From the NCBI GenBank assembly GCA_963677925.2, contig CAXXYH010000003.1, forward strand, positions 1,856,001 to 1,920,000: a DNA stretch of 64,000 nt, read 5' to 3'. Positions 50,744 to 60,051 of the stretch are shown here, piece after piece. Under the pieces are notes generated by a model, which worked only from the letters and a program-made list of their open reading frames with translations, was not told the origin of the DNA and searched no databases. Origin of the DNA: Spirochaetia bacterium. Its GTDB lineage: Bacteria > Spirochaetota > Spirochaetia > UBA9216. Both the position numbers and the translations under genes were made by a program. Position 1 is the stretch's first letter, and each line of letters starts with the position of its first letter.

Positions 50744-52186
50744 ATGCTCACTACAACATCCTTTCTGAATGAAGAGGAAAAGCTGCGTATTCATGCCGAC
50801 AGCCTTAAAATACTTAGCAGCGTAGGCATCAAATTTCTGTCGCCGAAGGCTCGTGAAATACTTAAACAACGAGGGGCAAAGTGTGTTGATGAGACAGTTT
50901 TCATCACCGAAGAAATGGTCAATGAAGCACTCAGCCTTGCTCCGAAAAGCTTCGTTCTGGGAGCAAGAAACATTGAAAAAAATTTCAATATGCCGGCATT
51001 AGGCCCCTCCGGAACAGTACTGGATAATTCAGGGGTATTCACTCTCGATTTCAATACCGGAGCAAGAAGAGAATGCCTTCTTGAGGATCTCTATAATTTC
51101 AACAAGGTTTATGAAGCTTCCAGGTGGGCAACAATTGTCTGGCCGGCAACTATACAGGAACCTGACAAACCTGAACACAGCAGGGAATTCCGGCAGGATA
51201 TTTATACGCTTATGTCAACATCACTGCATGTTCAAAGTGAGCTCTGGCACCCCGGGGAAGTAGCCCTTATGGCCGAAGCTCTTAACATGATAACCGGAAG
51301 TGAAGAGGAAACAATACGCAGAAAGCTCTATTCATTCACCTACTGCACAAACCCTCCGCTCGGACATGACAGGCAAATGTGTGAAACCTATCTTGAATCA
51401 CTCCCTCTGGGAATCCCGATATGTGTCTATCCAATGCCCGGAGCCGGCTCAACCGGACCTGCAAGCCTGTATTCAAATACAGCAGTTGCCAATGCAGAGG
51501 CATTGTCTGCCCTAGTGCTTTTTGAAATGGCAAGGCCGGGAACACCCTTTATCATGGGAAATGCTGTAGGAACAACCAATTTCAGAAACGGAAACTTTCT
51601 TGAGGGTGTCCCCGAAACCATACTGATGACTGCAGCCTGCGGAGAAATGGCAAGATTCTACGGATTACCGAATGAACAGGCAGGCTGCCTGACTGACGCA
51701 AAACAGCACGGGGCTCAGGCCATCCTTGAAAAAACACTCACGACTATCCCCCTGCTAAACAGCGGAGTCGATCTTCTTCAGGGGCCCGGCGCCATAGAAA
51801 CGAGCAACTGTATAACGCTTGAACAGATTGTTGTTGATGATGAAATTATAAATTATGCCCAGAGACTCCGGGCCGGGATAGATTCGTCCCCCGACAAAGA
51901 TTACTTCAGCGACATTAAGGAGGTAGGCCCTGGGGGACATTACCTGATGCAGGATTCTACGCTGGCCGCATGTCGAAGCAGTGAATTCCTCACACAGGAA
52001 TTGACTGACGGCGATGCCTACGAAGTATGGGAATCTGCAGGCCGGCAGGATATGTACAGCCGGGCAAGAAAACGCGTTGAAAAAATCCTGGCCGAACCTG
52101 AAAAATATCCGATGGATGAAAACATAAAGGCCGGCCTTGAAGATTTAATGCGGAGAGTCGACAGCATGCCGCCGCTGGGTGATTGA
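50744..52186 (+). CDS. Trimethylamine methyltransferase (MttB) superfamily protein, non-pyrrolysine
   Basis: RIHADSLKIL..VGI, PGAGSTGPASL, EMARFYGLP, TDAK, LEQIVVDDEI, EVGPGGHYL; no in-frame TAG; GGAGG RBS before ATG 50744. Confidence 0.92.
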   Translation: MLTTTSFLNEEEKLRIHADSLKILSSVGIKFLSPKAREILKQRGAKCVDETVFITEEMVNEALSLAPKSFVLGARNIEKNFNMPALGPSGTVLDNSGVFTLDFNTGARRECLLEDLYNFNKVYEASRWATIVWPATIQEPDKPEHSREFRQDIYTLMSTSLHVQSELWHPGEVALMAEALNMITGSEEETIRRKLYSFTYCTNPPLGHDRQMCETYLESLPLGIPICVYPMPGAGSTGPASLYSNTAVANAEALSALVLFEMARPGTPFIMGNAVGTTNFRNGNFLEGVPETILMTAACGEMARFYGLPNEQAGCLTDAKQHGAQAILEKTLTTIPLLNSGVDLLQGPGAIETSNCITLEQIVVDDEIINYAQRLRAGIDSSPDKDYFSDIKEVGPGGHYLMQDSTLAACRSSEFLTQELTDGDAYEVWESAGRQDMYSRARKRVEKILAEPEKYPMDENIKAGLEDLMRRVDSMPPLGD

Positions 52187-52196
52187 GCCGAATCTG

Positions 52197-52631
52197 TCAG
52201 TTCCGGTCAATACCGAGTTCTGCACTGAGGGCCTTTACAGCTTTACACTGCGGAAGCATGTAGCCTGCTTCACGCGCGCAGTCTTCAGCAGTAATCCTCA
52301 GTGATTTCTTCAATGCAGAAAGCAGCCGTCCGGCACCGGGGTCACCGGTATTCTGAAGCAGGCCGGAAACAGCGGCTTCAAGAGCCGCCTTCGTTTCAAG
52401 CATGTCAATCATCATAGCTGCAAGTTCCGGGTCCTTCTCCAGAGGCTCCGGATAGTTCTCAAAAACAAGAGATATTGCATGCGAAGGACAGGCATCAACA
52501 CAGCGTCTGCAGCCGTCAAGACAGCGTGATTTATCTATCTGACCGTTTTCTGTATCGGTTGCTCCTGTGGGACATACAAAAAGGCAGAGGCAATCCTTTG
52601 TACATAATCTGATATTTCTTGAAGCGTACAT
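52197..52631 (-). CDS. 2x[4Fe-4S] ferredoxin-domain protein with helical C-terminus
   Basis: CTKDCLCLFVCP and CLDGCRRCVDACP; C-terminal AED..REAGYMLPQ. Confidence 0.88.
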   Translation of the reverse strand: MYASRNIRLCTKDCLCLFVCPTGATDTENGQIDKSRCLDGCRRCVDACPSHAISLVFENYPEPLEKDPELAAMMIDMLETKAALEAAVSGLLQNTGDPGAGRLLSALKKSLRITAEDCAREAGYMLPQCKAVKALSAELGIDRN

Positions 52632-52634
52632 ATT

Positions 52635-53084
52635 TTACTCCTTTACCACTGAAAAACGGGATGACGGAGCTTTGCATACAGGGCATATTTCGGGAACATC
52701 CGCTCCGAGAAAAATAAATCCGCAGGCCTCACAGACATACAGGGTTTTACCTTCAAGCAGGGCCTCACCCTTTGACAGATAGCGGTCGATGAGACTTTTT
52801 TCTATGGTTGTGACCTTCTCTCCCCAGACAAGCGAACGAAGGATTCCGCGGTCAGCCCTGGCCTCAGCCGCCTCCTTACAGGCCGGATACTCCTCAGCCA
52901 GGCTTCTGCTTAATGCATCCTTCACTTCGGCCAAATTCATATCAGCTGCTGCGCTTTCATACTGTTCCGAGAGACGGCTGTACTTTTCAGACAGCCCGGA
53001 AAGCTGCTGTTTCTCAGCGGCTTTTGAAAGATTACTGAAAAGAACAGACAAACCGTTTTCAGACATTCTTGTTTCTGCCATCAC
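52635..53084 (-). CDS. Rubrerythrin-like helical protein with C-terminal rubredoxin domain
   Basis: YVCEACGFI...PEICPVCKAP; SNL..AAEKQ, DRGILRSLVWGEKVT. Confidence 0.85.
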   Translation of the reverse strand: MMAETRMSENGLSVLFSNLSKAAEKQQLSGLSEKYSRLSEQYESAAADMNLAEVKDALSRSLAEEYPACKEAAEARADRGILRSLVWGEKVTTIEKSLIDRYLSKGEALLEGKTLYVCEACGFIFLGADVPEICPVCKAPSSRFSVVKE

Positions 53085-53108
53085 TTTCTCCTATAAAGAT
53101 TTTATATA

Positions 53109-54752
53109 TCACCTGATATCCGGAAGCCTAAGCTCTGCGGAAACACCGTCATGACCCGATATTTTAATCCTGCCGTCCAATTCCTGTGTAAGCATATCAA
53201 TGATCTGAAGTCCGGTCCCCTTATCCTTATCAGAAAATCCAGGTTTAAAACCGCAACCAAAATCTCTTACAATAACGAAGAGTCCCTGATTATTTAATTT
53301 GAGATTTACATCAATTCTAATCGGCTCCCCCTCCGGATATGCATACTTCAATGCATTCGTAAGCAGTTCGTTAAGAATAAGCCCGATGTTCATGGCAGTC
53401 TTTATGCTTATTACAGTTTTATTCATATCTGATTCAAATCTCACTATATCAATATTCCGGGTAAAGGATATTTTAAACTGTTCTACAATATTCTGAATAA
53501 ACGGAGTAAGCTCCACATGATTAAGCCCGGTAGAACTGTTGAAACTCTGATAGATACTGCTTATTGCTTCTATACGGTCAATAGTTTCTTCGAAGATTCC
53601 AAGCATTTTCTTTTCTTCAATTGTTGAAACGTTAAAATTTGCCATCTCCAATGACAGCAGCCCGGAAATAATTGTCAGTGTATTTTTCATGCGGTGCTGA
53701 AGATCCCTAAGGAAGAGCTCCTTCTCCCTGTTTGCCTGAATCAGTTCCTGCTCAGCCTTATCCCTTTCAGAGATATACCTTGCCTGCTTGAGATTCTGAA
53801 ATGCAATAAGGGATAAATCATTTGCAATTGAAAACAGGAATTCAGCAATTCCGCGAAATCTTTCTTCGTCCATAAAAGGAACGTCTTTGAAGCTCTCACT
53901 GAATACCTGTCTTGATACACCAATCTCATCAGCATATCCTATAACTTCTGCTTCATTAATTTTCTCGTTGCGCACCTGGCCGATAAGCCAGTTTGCAATA
54001 TGCCGGCCGCCGACACTTATACTGGCACCGGCATCCCAGAGGCCGCAGCTGAAACATTCATGGATTATCGGTCCATCGGGATTAAATTTACCGATACCGG
54101 CATCTGATTTAAAACAGTTCGCCCTGCCTTTCTCGGTTTTCCTAACAATATCATTACAAAGTCTTGTAAACCTGCTTGGGCGGGTTATAGGGATACCATC
54201 CGGATTAGTAATTAACGAGGCAACACCGGTTGCTGCAGCAAACTGGTCCTGAAGGATTTGTATTTCCTCGAGATCAAAGAGATCCGAAAAAGACAGTTCA
54301 GCTTTATCGTCAGAAAAATCAGATTTTAAAGAAAGAAGTTTCAATTCACTTTTAACTTGAGCCTTTCCGGAATCATGAAGCCGCAGCGCATTATTTATTA
54401 TAGCTGAAATGATGTACGGATCTGAATCATCAGGGATAATACCTGAGTACACTACAGAAAACCGCTCAAGAGCGTCCTTCACGGACGTATCCGGAACTGC
54501 TATTACCGGCCTATTGCTGAGCAGCAGCATATCTGAAATTTTTTGATAATCAGTATTTTCCGGAATACCCGTGAGTTCTATTATTATCAAATCAAGTTCA
54601 ATGTACATCAACGCCTGCAGGGCTTGTGGGAAAAAGCGCTCTCGAACTATTTCAAATCCAAGGGTTTTAAGAGGCTCGGTCAAAAAAGATTTTTCCCGGC
54701 TGCTGATCAGCAGAACAGTCTTAACTGTTCCATCGGCATATTTATTATTCAC
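53109..54752 (-). CDS. PocR-sensor HisKA_2 histidine kinase with degenerate N-terminal REC
   Basis: PocR (LQDQFAAATGVAS, LCNDIVR, NCFKSD, CFSCGLWD, WLIGQV); DLQHRMKNTL; NELLTNALKYAY; GTG start. Confidence 0.9.
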   Translation of the reverse strand: MNNKYADGTVKTVLLISSREKSFLTEPLKTLGFEIVRERFFPQALQALMYIELDLIIIELTGIPENTDYQKISDMLLLSNRPVIAVPDTSVKDALERFSVVYSGIIPDDSDPYIISAIINNALRLHDSGKAQVKSELKLLSLKSDFSDDKAELSFSDLFDLEEIQILQDQFAAATGVASLITNPDGIPITRPSRFTRLCNDIVRKTEKGRANCFKSDAGIGKFNPDGPIIHECFSCGLWDAGASISVGGRHIANWLIGQVRNEKINEAEVIGYADEIGVSRQVFSESFKDVPFMDEERFRGIAEFLFSIANDLSLIAFQNLKQARYISERDKAEQELIQANREKELFLRDLQHRMKNTLTIISGLLSLEMANFNVSTIEEKKMLGIFEETIDRIEAISSIYQSFNSSTGLNHVELTPFIQNIVEQFKISFTRNIDIVRFESDMNKTVISIKTAMNIGLILNELLTNALKYAYPEGEPIRIDVNLKLNNQGLFVIVRDFGCGFKPGFSDKDKGTGLQIIDMLTQELDGRIKISGHDGVSAELRLPDIR

Positions 54753-54759
54753 AAAATTA

Positions 54760-54788
54760 ATTATATCCGAGGTAACCTAATAACACAA
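54760..54788 (-). promoter_or_regulatory. Putative promoter giving a leaderless PocR-kinase mRNA
   Basis: Minus strand TTGTGT-17bp-TATAAT, then 7 nt, then the GTG start; no SD. Confidence 0.5.
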
Positions 54789-54801
54789 TTTTAAATTATG
54801 T

Positions 54802-55119
54802 TCAGGAACCGGGCTTGATAATCTTTATTACTTTCGTTATTGCAAGAGAATCAAGGAAATCATACAATTCGGGACTGATCGCAGAAATCTCAAGGCTTCC
54901 GCCAGACTGTCCTAGTTTCTTGTTCAGAAACAGCAGTTTCCCGATCCCCGAACTGTCAATAAATTTTGTCCGGCGCAAATCTATTTTCAAGTGTTTTTGT
55001 CCGGAATCCAGAAGTTCAACCATGCTTTTTTTGAAAACCATAGCCTCATCTTTAATCAGGGCATCTGTATTAATAACAACAATAGTTGAACTGCCTTCCT
55101 GTTTTACATCGATATTCAT
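54802..55119 (-). CDS. STAS-domain anti-sigma-factor antagonist
   Basis: IDLRRTKFIDSSGIGKL with the phosphorylatable Ser. Confidence 0.9.
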   Translation of the reverse strand: MNIDVKQEGSSTIVVINTDALIKDEAMVFKKSMVELLDSGQKHLKIDLRRTKFIDSSGIGKLLFLNKKLGQSGGSLEISAISPELYDFLDSLAITKVIKIIKPGS

Positions 55120-55133
55120 GTCTCCTCCTGTGA

Positions 55134-56198
55134 TTACATCTTGTCAAGAGCTCTGCATATCTCCGGAGCAATCTTCCCGAGAGGCAGAACTATATCAGCA
55201 GCGCCGTATTCTACAGCCTTTCCAGGCATACCCCAGACAACACTGCTGGCTTCATCCTGAACGATATTATAGCTGCCGGCATCTTTCATTTTTTTCATGG
55301 CCATTGCACCGTCATCACCCATTCCAGTCAGCATTACTCCGACGGCGTTTCGTCCTGCATAATTGGCAGCCGAATTAAACAGCATTGAGACTGAGGGTTT
55401 GTGATAATTCACCCGGGGTCCATCTCTAAGCTTGATGAGATACTTTGCACCCGAACTCATTATGGAACAGTGAGTATCACCGGGAGCGATATATACAAAG
55501 CCGGGTTTTATCTGCTCACCGGACTCTCCAAGTTTAACAGTAAAATGCAGAAGCGAGTTAAGTCTGTTGGCAAAGGCTGATGTAAACTGAACAGGCATGT
55601 GCTGAACAATAACAATGCCCGGAACATCAACCGGCAGATCTGAAAGTATATCCTGAATGGCAGTGGTTCCTCCGGTCGATGAACCAATCACTATAATTTT
55701 ATCTGTAGTTCTTGCGGTTCCGGTAAAATAAGATTCAGTGTGTACAAGTTTTTCGGGGACAGCTGCTGCACCGTATTTTTTAAACCGGCTTATAAGCTTA
55801 TCCTTAACTGAGCCGGAGGCCGCATGCTGAATAGTTTCTACAAGTTTTTGCTCCAGTTCAGGGAGCTGAAGAATATCCTCAGGTTTTGTTAAGACTTCAA
55901 AAGCACCCAGTTCAAAAGCCTGAAGAGTAACATCAGCATTTTTGGTAGCAAGCGAAGAAAGGATGATAACAGGCAGCGGTTGAGCACCCATCAGTCTCCT
56001 GAGAAAGGTCAGGCCGTCCATACGCGGCATTTCAATATCCAGAACAATTACATCAACTTCAATTGTCTTAAGTTTTTCTATCGCAAATACAGGATCGAAG
56101 GCTGCAGCAGCTATCTTCATGCCGTCTGTCTTGTCAACAATTTCGGTAATAACCTTTCTAACCAATGCCGAGTCATCAACAATGAGAACATTTATCAT
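55134..56198 (-). CDS. cheB: Chemotaxis methylesterase CheB
   Basis: REC LDIEMPRMDG; IGSSTGG, VQHMP, LTGMGDDGA. Confidence 0.97.
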   Translation of the reverse strand: MINVLIVDDSALVRKVITEIVDKTDGMKIAAAAFDPVFAIEKLKTIEVDVIVLDIEMPRMDGLTFLRRLMGAQPLPVIILSSLATKNADVTLQAFELGAFEVLTKPEDILQLPELEQKLVETIQHAASGSVKDKLISRFKKYGAAAVPEKLVHTESYFTGTARTTDKIIVIGSSTGGTTAIQDILSDLPVDVPGIVIVQHMPVQFTSAFANRLNSLLHFTVKLGESGEQIKPGFVYIAPGDTHCSIMSSGAKYLIKLRDGPRVNYHKPSVSMLFNSAANYAGRNAVGVMLTGMGDDGAMAMKKMKDAGSYNIVQDEASSVVWGMPGKAVEYGAADIVLPLGKIAPEICRALDKM

Positions 56199-57013
56199 CA
56201 GTCCTTCCTCCTGTAAACCGTTTTACCGACATTTATGAATTGATCAGAAATACCGGAGAGCGATTCACTGTGACCGAGGAAAAGATACCCTCCGGGCTTC
56301 AGATAATCATGAAGTCTGGCAATAAGTTCAATCTTTGTCGGCTTGTCAAAATATATCACTACATTCCTCAGAAAGATAACATCCATAAGCGGTATTTGAA
56401 ATTTTTCGTCATTGAGGTTCAGCCTGAAAAATTTCACCCTGCGTGTCAGCTCATTCTTAATTTTTACCATTCCCGCTTTTGCTCCGCCGCCTTTAAGAAA
56501 ATAACGCTTTAAAAGCTCCGGTTCAACTTTCTCGATATCCTTACTGTTGTAAATTCCGCCGGCGGCGGTTCGAAGAACATCGCTTGATATATCGGAGGCA
56601 TATAGCCGAAACTGAATCCTTTTCTGTTTAACCCGTTCAAATTCAAGAAGAGTCATAAGAATGGAATAAATTTCCTGCCCGGTGGAAGCGGCGGCGGACC
56701 ATATTTTGAGTTCGCTGCCGCTGAATGTGTTCAGTATGTTATCAGCCAGAAAGTCGAAATGATATGGTTCCCTGAAAAAAAGTGAATAGTTGGTCGACAT
56801 GGCATCAACCATTTTCATGAACTCAGTCCTGTCCGCATCTTCATTTTTAAGAAAATCAACATACTCAGGAAAACCAGTTAACCCTATCGCGCGGATACGT
56901 CGGGAAAGCCTTGAAATTACAAGTGATCTTTTTTTTTCAGTCAGATTGATTTTAGCAAAATCATAAAGTGCGTCTGCTATATATCTGAATTCCCGATCCG
57001 CAAGTTCGAACAT
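56198..57013 (-). CDS. cheR: Chemotaxis methyltransferase CheR
   Basis: TN..FFREPYHF, IWSAAASTGQE.YS, DVIFLRNVVIYFD, LFLGHSES. Confidence 0.96.
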   Translation of the reverse strand: MFELADREFRYIADALYDFAKINLTEKKRSLVISRLSRRIRAIGLTGFPEYVDFLKNEDADRTEFMKMVDAMSTNYSLFFREPYHFDFLADNILNTFSGSELKIWSAAASTGQEIYSILMTLLEFERVKQKRIQFRLYASDISSDVLRTAAGGIYNSKDIEKVEPELLKRYFLKGGGAKAGMVKIKNELTRRVKFFRLNLNDEKFQIPLMDVIFLRNVVIYFDKPTKIELIARLHDYLKPGGYLFLGHSESLSGISDQFINVGKTVYRRKD

Positions 57014-57021
57014 TTAAAATC

Positions 57022-57630
57022 CTAAAATAAAGTGATATCCGTTTTTTTAACACGAAGTGTCTCAAGCTGCTCAAGATAACGACGCTCTTCCGCAACAGCC
57101 GGTTCAATCTCAACACGCTTTACAAAAATACTGTTCTTCCCTGTCAGAAAGAATATCTTCCTTCCGTAATAATCACCGACATCTTCCTTAACAATCGGAA
57201 TGCCTTCGGTATGAAGAAAGGCTTTTGTAAAACCGATATTCCGGTCGCCGACACTGGTAAGTGTTGCAGAAGATTTTAAAACCTTCCCCCCTCCGAAAAT
57301 CTTTGCCTTCAGGCGGCTTCGTGAAGCCCCGGCTTTCATCATTTCGGCAATGAGAACTTCCATTGAGGTTATTCCGTAACGCATTGATTTCTGAGTAAGT
57401 TCATCATTCTGCAGAGTTGCTCCGTCAAGATGAAGTTTTTTTTCACCTCTTTCATCCGGTAGCATAAAATGGTTCATTCCGCCTACACCGGTAATTTCAT
57501 CATACAGACATACAGCGATACAGGAACCCAGAACTGTAGAGATAATTTCTCCGCCGGAACTTACAAAGTATTCGCCGGCAAATATTGTCAGCACCTGACT
57601 CTTTAGTTTTGAATCAAATTTTCTATACAC
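57022..57630 (-). CDS. cheD: Chemoreceptor glutamine deamidase CheD
   Basis: TVLGSCIAVC, GGMNHFMLP, AKIFGGG. Confidence 0.96.
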   Translation of the reverse strand: MYRKFDSKLKSQVLTIFAGEYFVSSGGEIISTVLGSCIAVCLYDEITGVGGMNHFMLPDERGEKKLHLDGATLQNDELTQKSMRYGITSMEVLIAEMMKAGASRSRLKAKIFGGGKVLKSSATLTSVGDRNIGFTKAFLHTEGIPIVKEDVGDYYGRKIFFLTGKNSIFVKRVEIEPAVAEERRYLEQLETLRVKKTDITLF

Positions 57631-57634
57631 TTCT

Positions 57635-59647
57635 TTATACTCTTTTGGAAAAAATTCCCTGTATATCCAGAATCAAAGCGACATCACCATTTCCAAGAAT
57701 TGTAGCACTCGAAATATTATCAACCCTGCGGAAATTTTTCTGTAATGATTTAAGAACTATTTGAAACTGCTCAAGAACATTATCAACAAGCATTGCTACC
57801 TTCATTCCGTTATTATTAATTACTATAAGTTCAGCAACCAGCGGATTTTGCTCTGCTTTTTCAATATTCAGAATTTCATGAAGCCGAATCACAGGAATTT
57901 GATCACCCCTGAAAAAAACAACTTCGCCTCGTCCAGCTATAGTCTTCAGCTGCCATTCTTCAGGTCTGAATATTTCAAGAATTGAAAGTGTCGGAATTAT
58001 ATATTTTTCCATGCCTATTGAAACGAGCATACCATCCATTATTGCAAGAGTAAGAGGAAGAAATAATCTGAAAACAGTTCCCTGCCCTTCCTGTGATTCA
58101 ATATCGATTGAACCGTTAAGCTCGGTGATTGCATTCTTAACAACATCCATACCTACACCGCGGCCCGAGAGATCCGTTACATTCTCCGCGGTGGAAAGAC
58201 CGGGATGAAAAATCAGGTTTAAAACCTCACCGTCAGAAAGTTGTGCGTTAGGCTGAATCAATTCCCGTTCAACAGCCTTTGCAATAATTTTTTCCCGGTC
58301 GATACCCTTTCCGTCATCTGCAATCTCTATAACAACCTTTCCGCTTTCAATATATGCAGCCAGCTTCAGCATCCCTTCAGGCTGTTTACCGGCTTTTAGT
58401 CTCTCTTCTTCAGTTTCTATCCCGTGATCGATGCAGTTCCGCACAATATGCTTAAGCGGATCATTGAGTTTCTCGATCATATTCTTATCGAGTTCCGTAT
58501 CCTGTCCGGAAATCTCAAGATTCACTTTTTTCCCGAGGTCATTGGCAATATCACGGACAACTCTCTTAAAACGGTCGAAGGTCCCGCTTAGACTAATCAT
58601 CCTAAGCGTAGTAACCTGTTCCTGCAGGAGCTGGGTGATATTTTTAAGTGTATCAGTAACTGCTATAAAATTATCAGGAAGACTTTCCTCATATTCTTCA
58701 GAGAGCATGCTTATCCTGGCCTGGGACACTATAAGTTCACTTACGGTATTGAAAATGTTTTCAAGCTTTTCCGTAGGAACACGGATATAGGAGCCGGAAT
58801 TAATATCTGAAGCTCTTCTGTAAACCTGCTTTTCCGGTTCAGGACCTGAGTCTGAAACAGAGGCTCCGCGAGGCGAATCCATAAATTCTTCAGCACTTTT
58901 ATTTTTTACAGTATAAGTCTGATATTCTTCAGTTCCAAGTTTTTCTGCGAGGATCTCTGAAACCTGAATGCTGCTCTCATCTATGACGAAGCAGAAAACA
59001 TCTTCAATCGCTTTTATATCCAGAGATGTTTTATAGAAAAGCCGCCATGACAGATAAAGATTCTCAGGGTTAAAATCTTTATTAGATGAAAGCTCGTGTG
59101 TATCAAGTTCAAGTTCCAGAATTTCTCCAACTGCATCAAGATCATTTATAAACATAAGAGGATCTATACCGCTCTTAAAAATCTCAGGATAATATTCCAG
59201 TTTTAAAAAATAAATATGGCCTGCAGCAGCATCCGTCGCCGCCTGCCCGGAAGGCTTCTGAGGCTCAGTTTCCAATAAATTGAGAATCTTTCCGAGAACA
59301 GCTGAACTATCCAGGCCTTCATCTGCTTCAGCCTCAATCTTTATATTACTGATCATCGCTTTAAGAACGTCCATTGTTTCAAGCAGAACAGTAACTATAT
59401 CTTTGGTTATACGGAGGCTTCCGCTTCTGATACTTTCAAAAAGGTCTTCAGCTTTATGAGAAAAATCCTTTATTTTATTGAATCCGGCAAGACCTGCACC
59501 GCCTTTTAGTGAATGCATCGCTCTGAAAGCTTCATTAATTACTTCACTGTCATCAGGACTTTTCTCCAGAGTGATGATCCGTGCTTCAAGAATTTCAATA
59601 TTTTCTTCGGCTTCTTCAATAAAAATCGATACTAAAGGATTATCCAT
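57635..59647 (-). CDS. cheA: Chemotaxis histidine kinase CheA
   Basis: Hpt FRAMHSLKG; HIVRNCIDHGIE; DDGKG; SGRGVGMDVV; PLTLAI; C-terminal CheW domain. Confidence 0.97.
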   Translation of the reverse strand: MDNPLVSIFIEEAEENIEILEARIITLEKSPDDSEVINEAFRAMHSLKGGAGLAGFNKIKDFSHKAEDLFESIRSGSLRITKDIVTVLLETMDVLKAMISNIKIEAEADEGLDSSAVLGKILNLLETEPQKPSGQAATDAAAGHIYFLKLEYYPEIFKSGIDPLMFINDLDAVGEILELELDTHELSSNKDFNPENLYLSWRLFYKTSLDIKAIEDVFCFVIDESSIQVSEILAEKLGTEEYQTYTVKNKSAEEFMDSPRGASVSDSGPEPEKQVYRRASDINSGSYIRVPTEKLENIFNTVSELIVSQARISMLSEEYEESLPDNFIAVTDTLKNITQLLQEQVTTLRMISLSGTFDRFKRVVRDIANDLGKKVNLEISGQDTELDKNMIEKLNDPLKHIVRNCIDHGIETEEERLKAGKQPEGMLKLAAYIESGKVVIEIADDGKGIDREKIIAKAVERELIQPNAQLSDGEVLNLIFHPGLSTAENVTDLSGRGVGMDVVKNAITELNGSIDIESQEGQGTVFRLFLPLTLAIMDGMLVSIGMEKYIIPTLSILEIFRPEEWQLKTIAGRGEVVFFRGDQIPVIRLHEILNIEKAEQNPLVAELIVINNNGMKVAMLVDNVLEQFQIVLKSLQKNFRRVDNISSATILGNGDVALILDIQGIFSKRV

Positions 59648-59652
59648 AATAT

Positions 59653-60024
59653 TTACGCCCCGGCAAAACGTTTAATTACATCAGAGAGCTGAGCAGGTTC
59701 AAAAGGCTTTACAATCCATCCGCTGGCTCCCGCATTCTTCCCCTCCATTTTTTTTGACTCCTGAGATTCGGTGGTTAAAAACAGAATAGGAGTAAACTTA
59801 TACTTGTCAATTTCGCGTACTTTTTTAATTAATGTAATTCCATCCATGTTCGGCATATTTACATCAAACAGAAAAATATTAATGGGCTCGGCAAAGCCGT
59901 CAAGTAATTCAAGCGCTTTTACACCATCCTCAGCCAAAACTATTTTATAGCCGGCCTTTTCAAGAGTGTATTTAATCGAGGCCCTGGCGGTGGGCGAATC
60001 ATCTACAGCAAAAACAGTTTTCAT
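59653..60024 (-). CDS. cheY: Chemotaxis response regulator CheY
   Basis: VDDS, DVNMPNMDG, LTTES, GWIVKPF. Confidence 0.93.
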   Translation of the reverse strand: MKTVFAVDDSPTARASIKYTLEKAGYKIVLAEDGVKALELLDGFAEPINIFLFDVNMPNMDGITLIKKVREIDKYKFTPILFLTTESQESKKMEGKNAGASGWIVKPFEPAQLSDVIKRFAGA

Positions 60025-60051
60025 TTTATTCCTCCTCTATACTCTTCTGCT

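Noticed and set aside
50744-52186. Pyrrolysine recoding in mttB
   Set aside because: The ORF is continuous with no in-frame TAG, and there are no pyl genes in the window
52197-55119. Chemotaxis operon continuing through the PocR kinase and Fe-S genes as one unit
   Set aside because: A separate TTGTGT-17-TATAAT promoter precedes the kinase, so co-transcription cannot be claimed
56929-56937. A9 tract in the cheR coding strand as a phase-variation site
   Set aside because: In frame (encodes EKKR), and such runs are expected in this AT-rich codon usage
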